The notes beneath the pieces were generated by a model, which saw only the letters and a list, made by a program, of their open reading frames with translations, ran no database searches and had not been told where the DNA came from. The position numbers and the translations under genes were made by a program. Positions 28,697-38,158 of a DNA stretch of 64,000 nucleotides are shown one piece after another. Numbering within the stretch: the stretch's first letter is position 1; each line of letters starts with the position of its first letter. The DNA comes from Nitrososphaerota archaeon. GTDB lineage: Archaea > Thermoproteota > Nitrososphaeria_A > Caldarchaeales > Caldarchaeaceae. Location: the NCBI GenBank assembly GCA_041641305.1, contig JBEPYN010000002.1:224001-288000 (forward strand). Reading direction: 5' to 3'.

Positions 28697-29571
28697 GTGA
28701 GTTCACCGGGGATAATTTTGTGCCGTAAAGCCATGACAAAATTGAGGTTGGCCCTGTAAACCACCCTCCTCTTTCTTGGTTTAATCTTACGCAGAAAAAC
28801 CATCCAAGGATTTCTGTAAATAATCTTCGCGGTCCACTTGTACATGTCAGCAGCCGTCTTAATCGGTATAAGAAAACGGTAGGGAATGTATCTATAGCCT
28901 TGTTCAGCGAACCGCTGCCACTCAAGATAACGCTCGATCTGCCGCCGGATAAACTTTGCAAAATTCTCCTGTTTTCCGCAGAAACGCGACGGCTCAAAAT
29001 CTTCAATCCCATACATCCTCATCTCCTCATAGGGTAGATACTGGCGGCCCAGCTCATAGTCTTCGCGAATATCTCTTATGAAGTTGATGTACTGCATAGC
29101 TCGGCCGAGAAACCTTGCGTAGATATAGGACTCTTCCGGCAAGTCTAGGATTTTAGCCATAAAGAGGCCAACAACCTCTGCGGAGCCATACATGTAGACG
29201 CAGAGCTCATCAAGTGTGTAGTATGTTTTGCGGTAAAGGTCTGACTGCATAGCGTCAAGAAAAGCTGTTACCCATTCCTGCTCGAATTTCTTCCGGTTGG
29301 CGAGTTCTATGAACTCGGTGATGACGATGTCTGATGATGGATATCCAGCTGCAGCTCTCTCATACTCTTCTCTGAAGGTATAAAATCCCTCAATATCCTG
29401 CGGGATTGTGTCCACATAGTTGTCTGCTTTTCGCAGGAATGCGTAGAGTTTGAATACGTCTACTTTGACGTTGGTGGGGAAGAAGAGAGTACTGTTGAAA
29501 TAGGTTGTGCTCCCTCTTTGGAATAGGTTGAGAAAGGGTTTCGCGACGGGCGGAGGGTTTGGAGAAAACAT
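28687..29571 (-). CDS. crtB: Phytoene synthase
   Basis: LYAF.R.AD..VD, F..AM..DL, Y.YGSA.VVG, LG.AMQ.INF.RDI.ED...GRQYLP. Confidence 0.93.
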   Translation of the reverse strand: MFSPNPPPVAKPFLNLFQRGSTTYFNSTLFFPTNVKVDVFKLYAFLRKADNYVDTIPQDIEGFYTFREEYERAAAGYPSSDIVITEFIELANRKKFEQEWVTAFLDAMQSDLYRKTYYTLDELCVYMYGSAEVVGLFMAKILDLPEESYIYARFLGRAMQYINFIRDIREDYELGRQYLPYEEMRMYGIEDFEPSRFCGKQENFAKFIRRQIERYLEWQRFAEQGYRYIPYRFLIPIKTAADMYKWTAKIIYRNPWMVFLRKIKPRKRRVVYRANLNFVMALRHKIIPGELTWP

Positions 29572-31041
29572 TTACATCATCTCCTTTCGCAGTTTGTTGC
29601 GAATAATTTCGGCGGATATCAGAACCATCGGTACACCTATTCCCGGGTGAGTATATTGGCCGCTGTAGTAAAGGTTCTTTACTTTTTTGCTTCTGTGCCG
29701 AGGTCGCCAGAAAGCTGTTTGGCTAAGTGTGTGGGCGAGTCCTAGCGCCGAGCCCTTGTATGCGTTATAACGTGTTGAGAAGTCTCTTATGCTGAAGAAT
29801 TGTTTCAAAACGATGTTTTCACGGATGTTTTCGCCTGTTTTCTGCTCGAGGTCACGGAGAACGTTGTTGAAGAGGACTTCGCGTTTATTGTCGTCATCTT
29901 CTATTCCGTAGGCAACCGGTATCAGTATAAAGACCGCTTCTCCTCCTGCCGGTGCAGCTGTATCATCTATCTTCGATGGAACATGCACATAGTAGGAAGC
30001 ATATTCAGGCCATTTTGCATATCGTGGATCGAATATTTGATAGAAGTTTTCGCCCCAGTCTTTTTCGAGGAAGATGTTGTGCGGAATAAGGTTTTTGATT
30101 TTTTTGTCAACTCCAACGTACGCGATAAGAGCTGATGGGGTGAACATGCGTTTGTTCCAGTAGTTGGCGTCATAGGTGCGGTAACGTGGCTCGAGAACCT
30201 TGGTCTCGAAATTTGCGTAGTCGGCGTTGACCACGACAGCGTCAACATTTATTGAAAATCCGTTTGCGTGGACACGTTCGGCTCTTGAGTTTTTCACCTC
30301 GATTTTTTTAACCTCATGGCCGAGGAGAAACTCCACACCTTCCTGCTTCGCGAGCCTGTATAATGTGTCGACAACCTGTCTAATACCGTGCTCAGGCATG
30401 TAGACGCCTTGGACAAGTTTGACGTAGTTGAGTATGGCGTAGAAAGCCGGTGCCTTGGCTGGAGGTGTTCCGATGAATCCGATGGAGTAGAGAAGCAATT
30501 TACGGGCCTTATCGGATTGGAACCATTTTTTGACATATGATTCGACGGATTCAAATATGTTGATTTTGATGCCTTGGGCAAGTATCTCCGGGTTGATGAA
30601 GCTGAGGGGTGAGTCGAGGTCGAGGTAGAGGGTTTTGGATATGCTTTGGTAGAGCTCTTCGCATTTCGTAAGAAACCTTCGGAGCTTTTCACCCCCGTTT
30701 GGCTCAAGGTGGTCGAATAGAAGGATGTTTTCCTCAAGCTCTGCCGATATATCGAGCCTAACTCCGTCATCGAAGTAGACCCGGTACCCTGGATCAAGCT
30801 TCAGAAGGTTGTAGAAGTCAGAGGTTTTTTTGCCAAAATGGCTATAGAAACGGTCGAATATTTCCGGCATCAGATACCAGGTGGGGCCCATGTCGAAGGT
30901 GAACCCGTCGCGGCTGAACACTCCCGCTCTTCCGCCGACATTCTCGTTTTTCTCGACAACAGCAACCTCATGACCGTCCCTAGCCAACAGAGCCGCTGCC
31001 GCAAGCCCGCCGACGCCAGCGCCTATGACCGCGATTCTCAA
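29572..31041 (-). CDS. crtI: Phytoene desaturase (CrtI family)
   Basis: IGAGVGGL, EKN...GGRA, GFTFDMGPTWY, LAHTL.QTA..RP, LYY.G..THPG.GVPM.LIS. Confidence 0.92.
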   Translation of the reverse strand: MRIAVIGAGVGGLAAAALLARDGHEVAVVEKNENVGGRAGVFSRDGFTFDMGPTWYLMPEIFDRFYSHFGKKTSDFYNLLKLDPGYRVYFDDGVRLDISAELEENILLFDHLEPNGGEKLRRFLTKCEELYQSISKTLYLDLDSPLSFINPEILAQGIKINIFESVESYVKKWFQSDKARKLLLYSIGFIGTPPAKAPAFYAILNYVKLVQGVYMPEHGIRQVVDTLYRLAKQEGVEFLLGHEVKKIEVKNSRAERVHANGFSINVDAVVVNADYANFETKVLEPRYRTYDANYWNKRMFTPSALIAYVGVDKKIKNLIPHNIFLEKDWGENFYQIFDPRYAKWPEYASYYVHVPSKIDDTAAPAGGEAVFILIPVAYGIEDDDNKREVLFNNVLRDLEQKTGENIRENIVLKQFFSIRDFSTRYNAYKGSALGLAHTLSQTAFWRPRHRSKKVKNLYYSGQYTHPGIGVPMVLISAEIIRNKLRKEMM

Positions 31042-31284
31042 CCCGGCTTTAGCATCGGTCCATTACTATAAAATTCTAATCCTGTTACAAGGAAATATCA
31101 GAACGGGTATTGTCATCACCGTTCAGAAATACCCGCTCTCATCACGTCTAGAATGTTTTTACACCCGCTTTTAAATAAATTCCACATCGTTTTTGCATGG
31201 ACGTGAGTAGTCTATTTAAAGGTAACAAAAATCAACATAAAAAAGCCACCCCGACAAATCAACCGCCGGGTGAATACACGTAAA

Positions 31285-31566
31285 ATGCCTGATAAACATG
31301 AGCTTGTTCTGACCCGGCTTGTTCTCGATGTGCTAAAGCCCCATAAACCCGGGATGGTCGAGTTCGCGCAGGCTTTGACGGGGCTCAAGGGTGTGACGAG
31401 GGTGGAGGTATCCATCATAGAGGTTGACGCAGACACCGAAACCGTCAAACTAACCATAGAAGGCAACAACATCAGCTACGAGCAGATCGCCAACGCCGTC
31501 AAACAACTCGGCGCCGCAGTACACAGCGTAGACCAAGTAACCTACGCACAGCCAGGCAAACAATAA
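31285..31566 (+). CDS. DUF211 family protein
   Basis: RLVLDVLKPH.P, TIEG..I, LGA.VHSVD.V. Confidence 0.85.
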   Translation: MPDKHELVLTRLVLDVLKPHKPGMVEFAQALTGLKGVTRVEVSIIEVDADTETVKLTIEGNNISYEQIANAVKQLGAAVHSVDQVTYAQPGKQ

Positions 31567-31597
31567 ACATAAAAACCATTCAGCACAAAAATACATC

Positions 31598-31670
31598 AGC
31601 CCCGTCGTCTAGCGGCCAAGGATGCGGGCCTTTGGAGCCCGCGACGTGGGTTCAAATCCCACCGGGGCTA
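31598..31670 (+). tRNA. tRNA-Gln(TTG), intronless
   Basis: AGCCCCG/CGGGGCT-A acceptor; CGGGC-CTTTGGA-GCCCG anticodon arm; GTGGGTTCAAATCCCAC T-arm. Confidence 0.96.
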
Positions 31671-31774
31671 ATCTTGACAAAAAAATGGATGGCTATGCAG
31701 CTGCGAATAGGCAACATCCTTTCCCTCTCAAGATATGCAGCTAACGTTGTAGAGCGGATGTGATTTGCAGGTTT

Positions 31775-32098
31775 TCAGTTGATTTCGACAAGCTCGTCCG
31801 CAGGTATGAACCTGCTGTACCAGCTTCGGTATTTTTCGGGAGTTGTTATGTGGAGCTGAATAGGCGCCTCAAGCTGCTTATAGACCTCAACCATCATTTC
31901 ATACTTTCTCGACAAATCATCTGTTACGACGAGGATGTCTATGTCGCTTGCGGCTGTGTATCGGCCGCGGACAACTGAGCCGAAGACAAACACTCTAACA
32001 TCAGGGTCGAATCTCTTGAGGATACGTTTTACCTCAGCACCCACCTCTCTGTAACGCCTTAGATACTCGAGCAGCCTCGCCTCATAGTTTCTCGACAA
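31775..32098 (-). CDS. Minimal nucleotidyltransferase (MNT) of HEPN-MNT pair
   Basis: VFGSVVRG.....SDIDILVV (GS-x10-DxD); start TTG 32098 approximate. Confidence 0.88.
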   Translation of the reverse strand: MSRNYEARLLEYLRRYREVGAEVKRILKRFDPDVRVFVFGSVVRGRYTAASDIDILVVTDDLSRKYEMMVEVYKQLEAPIQLHITTPEKYRSWYSRFIPADELVEIN

Positions 32099-32468
32099 TA
32101 GGCTTAAACACCTCCACGACAAACCTGTAAACATCCCTGACCTCCTTCTCTTCAAACCTGTAGGGCAGATACCGTGAGACTATGTAGGCTTCTTCAAGCC
32201 TCGCTACATAGTGCAGCTTTGCACTATCCTCAACCATGGCTAGTAGCTCGGGTTTGTTTTCACCTAGAATACGGATAAGCGTCCTCAAAGAATGTGTTCT
32301 CGGATAACTTCCACGATTGACTAAGAGCTTATACTTCAGAATAAGTTGACAATATTGTTCGAGGTTAAACATGGCCAGATCCCATTCATGTTCATCCATT
32401 AAGTTACGTGCGTTACGTAAAAAAGCTTCAGCCCTCGACTTCAGCAGCTCAGCATCGTCCGCCGACAA
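32082..32468 (-). CDS. HEPN domain protein
   Basis: RA..FL..A, DLAMF.LEQ..QL.LK..L, YPRTHSL, LE.AY..SRY; start TTG 32468 approximate. Confidence 0.88.
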   Translation of the reverse strand: MSADDAELLKSRAEAFLRNARNLMDEHEWDLAMFNLEQYCQLILKYKLLVNRGSYPRTHSLRTLIRILGENKPELLAMVEDSAKLHYVARLEEAYIVSRYLPYRFEEKEVRDVYRFVVEVFKPIVEKL

Positions 32469-32581
32469 CCCACATATAGTTAGGCCAAGGGCATGTAAAA
32501 AGGCTACTGATTCGCCAAGCCTGATTGACGCGTCTTGGTGTGTTTGCTTGTTCACGTTTATATTTTGTATGGTGTTGATGG

Positions 32582-33340
32582 TTGGCGATGGGGCCTGAGG
32601 CTTCTGGTTCGAGGGCTGTGTTGAGGGCTGTCGAAGTGGTTAAGAGATATGATGAGCTACGGGCTTTGGATGGTTTGTCACTTGAAATGTATGAGGGCGA
32701 GGTTCTCGGACTGATAGGCCCCAACGGAGCAGGTAAAACTACTTTCGTGAACGTGGTATGCGGGCTGATCAAGCCCGATTCTGGGAAGGTGTATTTCTAT
32801 GAAGAGAATATTTTGGAGAAGAATGTGTATGAGCTGGCGCGAGCCGGCATAGTGAAGACCTATCAGATTCCAAGGGTTTTCGGTAACTTGACTGTTTTAG
32901 ACAACTTGGTTGCTTCAGCTTCGTGGCTGAAAACCTCTGTGGAGGAGCTGCGCAAGGCTGCATTCGATAGCCTCCGTCTTGTGAAGCTGGATGTAAAAGC
33001 TGACTTGCTGGGCTCTCAGCTGAGCGGCGGCGAGAGAAAGCTTCTCGAATTCGCCAGAGCCATGATGCTTAAGCCAAGGCTTCTCCTTCTCGACGAACCT
33101 TTCGCAGGAGTGAACCCTGTACTGAAGAACACGCTCATAGATGCGTTGAAGAAGGTGAACGAACAGGGGTTATCTATTTTGATTGTGAGCCATGACATGG
33201 CTGAGATTAGGCGGCTTTGTAGAAGGGTTGTTTTTATGGCGGCTGGTTCGAAGCTTTTGGAGGGTTCGCCGGATGAGGTTCTGCGAAATGAGGAGGTGGT
33301 CAAGCTTTACCTTGGGGTGAAGAGACGTGCTGCGGGCTGA
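32582..33340 (+). CDS. livG: Branched-chain amino acid-type ABC transporter ATPase (LivG-like)
   Basis: GPNGAGKTT, LSGGE, LLLLDEPFAG, VSHD. Confidence 0.9.
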   Translation: MAMGPEASGSRAVLRAVEVVKRYDELRALDGLSLEMYEGEVLGLIGPNGAGKTTFVNVVCGLIKPDSGKVYFYEENILEKNVYELARAGIVKTYQIPRVFGNLTVLDNLVASASWLKTSVEELRKAAFDSLRLVKLDVKADLLGSQLSGGERKLLEFARAMMLKPRLLLLDEPFAGVNPVLKNTLIDALKKVNEQGLSILIVSHDMAEIRRLCRRVVFMAAGSKLLEGSPDEVLRNEEVVKLYLGVKRRAAG

Positions 33341-34022
33341 AAACCTCTCCGTCGCATACGTCGGCGACATACTTGTCCTCGACGGCGTAAGTGTCCAAGT
33401 CGAGCCTGGGAAGGTTTATGCGGTCATCGGCCCAAACGGAGCAGGTAAAAGCACCCTCCTCAAAACACTATTTGGTTTTCTGAAGCCCAAAAGCGGAGAG
33501 ATACTGCTCGACGGTAGAAAGATAACCTCTGCACCGCCTCATGAGAGAATCAGGATGGGCGTTTTCTATATTCCGCAGGAGAGCGGCATCTTCGGCTCGA
33601 TGACTGTGAAGGAGAATCTGGAGCTGGCGGCGTGGCTTTTTAGAGGGAACAAGGCGCTTGTGGCTGAGAGGGTTGAAGCCGTTTTGAACCAGTTTCCCCG
33701 TCTCAGGGAACGGCTTTACACAATGGCGGGCAAGATGAGCGGCGGCGAGCAGAAGTTTCTCGAGCTCGCTAAAGCGTTGATGAATGAGCCGCGTTACCTC
33801 TTGATAGACGAGCCGACGGTAGGTCTTTCGCCTGCGATGGCTGACATGGTTTACGACGAGCTCCGCAAACTCACGGGAAGAGACATAGGAATTTTGATTG
33901 TCGACCAGTATGTTGACAGAGTGTTGGAAATAGCTGACTATGTCTATTATGTGGAGTTGGGGAGGATAAAGGCGGAGGGCTCGGTTGACTATATCAGACG
34001 CGGTGAGTTTCTTTTCGAGTAG
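33327..34022 (+). CDS. livF: ABC transporter ATPase (LivF-like)
   Basis: GPNGAGKST, FPRL.ER....AG.MSGGEQ, DEPT.GL.P. Confidence 0.9.
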   Translation: MLRAENLSVAYVGDILVLDGVSVQVEPGKVYAVIGPNGAGKSTLLKTLFGFLKPKSGEILLDGRKITSAPPHERIRMGVFYIPQESGIFGSMTVKENLELAAWLFRGNKALVAERVEAVLNQFPRLRERLYTMAGKMSGGEQKFLELAKALMNEPRYLLIDEPTVGLSPAMADMVYDELRKLTGRDIGILIVDQYVDRVLEIADYVYYVELGRIKAEGSVDYIRRGEFLFE

Positions 34023-34970
34023 CTATACGTCGGCTATTTTTCTCGAGATTTTAGGATACCTGTAGATTAGGTGGCTCAGCCCCCGCGGCATGGCAAGCGT
34101 AACAGCCATAACCACTGTACCGAATATGACGAGGTGAAGATATGGGAAACGGATAAGCAACGCGTCTGATATGAAGAAGAATAAGCCAGCTCCTACGAGA
34201 GGTCCCAGAAGCGTGCCTCCGCCACCCATCAGGAGGGAAGCCAGCACAGAGACGTTGAGTGTGATGGAGAAGAAGCCGGGATGCGCGTAGACATGTGTTA
34301 TAGCTGTCAGCCCTCCGATCACTCCTGCGCAGGCGGAGCTTAGAACATATGCTGCGAGCTTTGCTTTGGCTGTGTTGATTCCCATGGATTCGGCGACATC
34401 CTCATCTTCCCTTATTGATTCGAGCATGTATCCGAATCGTGTTCTCTTCAGGTAGAGGGTGAGTATGAAGAGGGCGGCCACCGTCATGTACATGGCTATG
34501 TATGAGCTGGTTACGTTGTAGGTGAAGTAGGCTGCTATGGGCAGTCCTTCGCTATAGTTGAATGCGGGGATGTTCACTATTATTACCCGTACGGCTTCTC
34601 CGAGTCCGAGAGTAGTTATAGCGAAATATGGTCCTCTTATTTTCAGGATTGGTCGGCCGATTAGGTAGGCTACGGCGGCTGATGTAATGGCTGCGACGGG
34701 GACGAAGAAGTAGGGGTCTACTCGGGTTGTCGTTGTGAGGTAGGCGACGGTGTAGGCGCCTATCCCATAGTAGGCGATGTGGCCGAAGTTGACGTAGCCG
34801 GTAAATCCTGTGATGAAGTTGAGGCTCATCACCAGTGCGAGCATCTGTAAAAAGCTCCAGAAGTAGGCGATTAACGCGGTGTTTCCAGTAAGCAGCGGCA
34901 AAATGGATATGCCGAGCAGCAGGACATAGAGTATGAGGCCGATTTTAAGCCGTTGTCTACCTGCCTCCAC
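34023..34970 (-). CDS. livM: ABC transporter permease (LivM-like)
   Basis: GFTGYVNFGH..YYGIGAY, RGPYFAI.TL, IREDE..A..MG, GG.GTL.GP. Confidence 0.9.
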   Translation of the reverse strand: MEAGRQRLKIGLILYVLLLGISILPLLTGNTALIAYFWSFLQMLALVMSLNFITGFTGYVNFGHIAYYGIGAYTVAYLTTTTRVDPYFFVPVAAITSAAVAYLIGRPILKIRGPYFAITTLGLGEAVRVIIVNIPAFNYSEGLPIAAYFTYNVTSSYIAMYMTVAALFILTLYLKRTRFGYMLESIREDEDVAESMGINTAKAKLAAYVLSSACAGVIGGLTAITHVYAHPGFFSITLNVSVLASLLMGGGGTLLGPLVGAGLFFFISDALLIRFPYLHLVIFGTVVMAVTLAMPRGLSHLIYRYPKISRKIADV

Positions 34971-35811
34971 GGTAACGCACCATGATGACTATGACGATGG
35001 TTATGAAGGCCACGGCTGGGCTTATGCTCTGGGTGAAGTATACGCCGACGAGGCTTTCTACAAGTCCCATGAAAATGCCTGCGAGAAGAGTTCCTATGAT
35101 GTTCCCTACTCCGCCGAGGACGACTGAGGCGAAGGAGTACATGAGGTAGCCGTCGCCAGAAGACGGTGTAAACGGGTTGACTAGGGAGATCATGGTGCCT
35201 GAGAAGAAGGTGATGCCGAGGGCTATTCCCATGCTTATGGCGAAGACGTTGTCGACATCTATTCCCACGGAAGCTGCTCCTACACGGTTGGCGACGACTG
35301 CTCTAATGGCTTTGCCGTAGTATGTGCGTTGAAGCAGCATATAAAGCAGCAGGAAGCAGACTATTGTTGAGACAAGGGCTATGAGCCTGGCCAAAGGTAT
35401 CCTTGTTCCAGCTAGTTCAAGGCTTTGGATGAGCCATGGAATTCCCCTCACATCGGGGCCCCATATATTGAGGATGGAGTTGCTGAGCAGAAGCGAGAGG
35501 CCGAAGAAGAAGAGGAGCGAGGTGGATGGCTCGAGTGCGACCACTTTACGCCCAACACCCTTGTAGAGAACATATCCCACGGCAAAGCCCAATGCCACGG
35601 CGACGGGGGCTGTGAGAAGCGGCGGAGCACCCACAGCTGAGAAGAATACATACGCGATGTACGCCGCGAGAATGATGAAGGAGCCGTGGGCCAGGTTGAC
35701 CACTCCGAGAACACCCCATATAAGCGAGAGGCCCACGGCAGCTATTCCGTAGACCGCCCCCATAAGGAGGCCGTTAACAATGGCTTGAAAAAAAATTTGG
35801 GGATTAAACAT
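34957..35811 (-). CDS. livH: ABC transporter permease (LivH-like)
   Basis: NGL..GAVYG..AVGLSLIWGV..VVNLAHG, G.AIRA, VVLGG.G. Confidence 0.9.
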   Translation of the reverse strand: MFNPQIFFQAIVNGLLMGAVYGIAAVGLSLIWGVLGVVNLAHGSFIILAAYIAYVFFSAVGAPPLLTAPVAVALGFAVGYVLYKGVGRKVVALEPSTSLLFFFGLSLLLSNSILNIWGPDVRGIPWLIQSLELAGTRIPLARLIALVSTIVCFLLLYMLLQRTYYGKAIRAVVANRVGAASVGIDVDNVFAISMGIALGITFFSGTMISLVNPFTPSSGDGYLMYSFASVVLGGVGNIIGTLLAGIFMGLVESLVGVYFTQSISPAVAFITIVIVIMVRYRGGR

Positions 35812-37059
35812 TTACCACGACGGCTTCGGGAAAATCAGATCCGCCGTAGCAACCTCTGGAGGCCAGACGACCTGCTTCTGTCCCCTTTGCCACTGTAGGA
35901 GAACAAGTTCGTGTCCGACTTGGTTGCCTGTTGCCGGGTCTATCTTTAGGCGGCCGTAGAAAGTCGTTATGTCGATGTCGTTGAACGCCGCTCTGAGTTT
36001 TGCGTTGTCGAGGGTGCCTGCTTTCTCAATCGCTGCTGTGATGTAGAGGCCTGCCGCGAAAGCTGCTGCAGAGTGGTAGGATGGCTCGCTGTTCCATTTC
36101 TGTCTAAACTGTGTTATGAACTCATCGATTGTTGGTCCGTAGGTTATTTTTGGTTTTGTTTGAGGCTCCCAGTGTGAGGGAGCTAGTATGCCTTCCGATG
36201 CCTCTTTGAGGGCGTCGTAGAAAGCTGGCAGAGACGGGCTTACGAGTAGGCTCATCAGCTTCACGTTTATGCCAAGTTCCTTGGCCTGTCTTACGAGAAG
36301 AACCTCATCCTCGTAGTGGCCTCCGCCGAGGATAGCGTCCACGTTCAAGCCCTTTATCTTGGTGAGAATGGGTGAGAGGTCTTTCGCGTCGCGTGGATAC
36401 ATCTCGAACGCCACAACTTTGACACCCTTCTGCTCCGCATAGGCTTTGGCGCCTTCGGCGACAGACTTGGCGAATGCATCGTCTTTATAGATGATGGCGA
36501 CCGACGGGTTCTGCACCTTCTTGAGCAGAATGTCTATCGCCTGTGTCAGCATTTTGCTCGCAGGTGTATATGTTCCAACTATGTTTTTGTATCCCTGTTT
36601 GAAGATTGTGTCGGAGTTTGCGCCGACCACGACCATCAGCCTCCCATATTTCTCGGTTATTCCAGCCGCCGTTAGCGCGAGAGTGCTTGAATACGGTGAC
36701 AAGAGGATGTCTACTTTGTCCTCGTTTATCAGCTTCTCATAAAGCCGTATGACCTCGTCTTTGCTGGATTTGTCGTCATAATATTTTAGCTCGACTTTGT
36801 AGTATTTGTTCTGGTCCTTGACGTAGATTCCGCCTTTGGAGTTTATCCAGTCTTTCCAGAGCTCGATGCCTTCGAGCTGTTTGCGGCCGGGGACCGCGAA
36901 GTCGCCTGAGATGGATATGGAGAAGCCTATGACGAGCGGTTTCTCGGCGACGGTTGGTGTGGAAAGCTGCTGAACAGCGAGGTAAACACCTATCCCCGCA
37001 ACAACTGCTATGACCAACACCGCAACAACCAGAGTTGTTGATACCGCTCTTGGGTTCAC
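35812..37059 (-). CDS. livK: ABC transporter substrate-binding protein (LivK-like), N-terminal anchor
   Basis: N-terminal hydrophobic helix, IN..GGI, YYDD.S, YEKLI..DKVD..L.PYSS. Confidence 0.88.
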   Translation of the reverse strand: MNPRAVSTTLVVAVLVIAVVAGIGVYLAVQQLSTPTVAEKPLVIGFSISISGDFAVPGRKQLEGIELWKDWINSKGGIYVKDQNKYYKVELKYYDDKSSKDEVIRLYEKLINEDKVDILLSPYSSTLALTAAGITEKYGRLMVVVGANSDTIFKQGYKNIVGTYTPASKMLTQAIDILLKKVQNPSVAIIYKDDAFAKSVAEGAKAYAEQKGVKVVAFEMYPRDAKDLSPILTKIKGLNVDAILGGGHYEDEVLLVRQAKELGINVKLMSLLVSPSLPAFYDALKEASEGILAPSHWEPQTKPKITYGPTIDEFITQFRQKWNSEPSYHSAAAFAAGLYITAAIEKAGTLDNAKLRAAFNDIDITTFYGRLKIDPATGNQVGHELVLLQWQRGQKQVVWPPEVATADLIFPKPSW

Positions 37060-37092
37060 AGCTCTTCACAGCCTCACCCAAGTTAAAAGTCT

Positions 37093-38094
37093 TTACCCGA
37101 AAATGCTGAGAACAGCGTCGATAATGCTTTTGTCGGCTGGCCTTATTATGGGATACTTGACGCCTGCCTCGCGGTACTGGTCGATTTTCCGGCGGACTTC
37201 CTCTGCTGTGCCGACTGCAGTTAAACCTTTCAAAACGTCTACTGGAATCTCCGCCATCAGCTTCTCATATCCGCCTGTGTTGTAGGCTTCGAGCATCTTC
37301 TCTATGAGTTGTGGCGTGATGTATGGCTCGCCGACGTTGAGCCGCGGTTTCACGGCGAAGTCAACCATCAGCGGGCTAAGCTTGCTCGCAACCTCTCGCC
37401 TAACATAGTCCACCGCAGGTTTCTCGGCATCAACTGCCGTAACTATTAAGCCAGCTATCTGAAGCTGGTCGGGGTCACGGCCCTTCTCTTCAGCTGCTTT
37501 GCGGACGATTCTGATAGCGTTTCTACAGTATTCTACTGAGGTCGTTGCGTTAAGTAGGACGCCGTCGGCGTATTCCCCTGCTATGCGGAGGCCCTTGGCG
37601 CTTGTCGCAGCCACCCACACAGGTATGTTGCTGCGGAGGGGTTTGAAACCGAGACCGGCCTCCCTCAAGCGGAAGTGCTTGCTCTCGTAGGTTATTTTTT
37701 CCCCGGTCAAAAGCCTCTTGAACAACGTGATATATTCGACAAGTGTTTCAGCGGGGTCGGCGTATTCGAGCCCGTGCTTAGCCATGTGCTGTTTTGTGCA
37801 TGCTCCCAGAGAGAGAACTATTCTCCCGCCCGAGAGCTCGTCAAGTGTGGCGAAGGTTTGGGCGAGCACAAGCGGTGACCTGAGTCTAACCACCTGTGTG
37901 CATCCGAGGAGAGGTTTCTCAACAGCGAGGGCGAAGGACGTGAGAGTGGTCACTGCATCGCGGAATGTTTGCAGCGTCTCGGAGAAGAAAACCATGTCGA
38001 ATCCCAGCTCCTCCGCCTTCTTCGCATAGCTGGTCATCTCCCGGACGGTCATCGACGGGTCATAGCCCAACCCAAAGCCCAGCCACTTCTCCAT
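37093..38094 (-). CDS. Luciferase-like (LLM) flavin/F420-dependent oxidoreductase
   Basis: AEELGFD, R.P..LAQ..ATLDELSGGR..L.LG, IPVWVAA, AGEYADG. Confidence 0.88.
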   Translation of the reverse strand: MEKWLGFGLGYDPSMTVREMTSYAKKAEELGFDMVFFSETLQTFRDAVTTLTSFALAVEKPLLGCTQVVRLRSPLVLAQTFATLDELSGGRIVLSLGACTKQHMAKHGLEYADPAETLVEYITLFKRLLTGEKITYESKHFRLREAGLGFKPLRSNIPVWVAATSAKGLRIAGEYADGVLLNATTSVEYCRNAIRIVRKAAEEKGRDPDQLQIAGLIVTAVDAEKPAVDYVRREVASKLSPLMVDFAVKPRLNVGEPYITPQLIEKMLEAYNTGGYEKLMAEIPVDVLKGLTAVGTAEEVRRKIDQYREAGVKYPIIRPADKSIIDAVLSIFG

Positions 38095-38158
38095 AACAGG
38101 TAAAACACATCCTCTACAGCCACTATTTATCGCATATCTGGTCAGTGGAGAACCCTGT

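Noticed and set aside
31598-32600. Integrated element at tRNA-Gln(TTG)
   Set aside because: No integrase and no duplicated tRNA 3' end seen.
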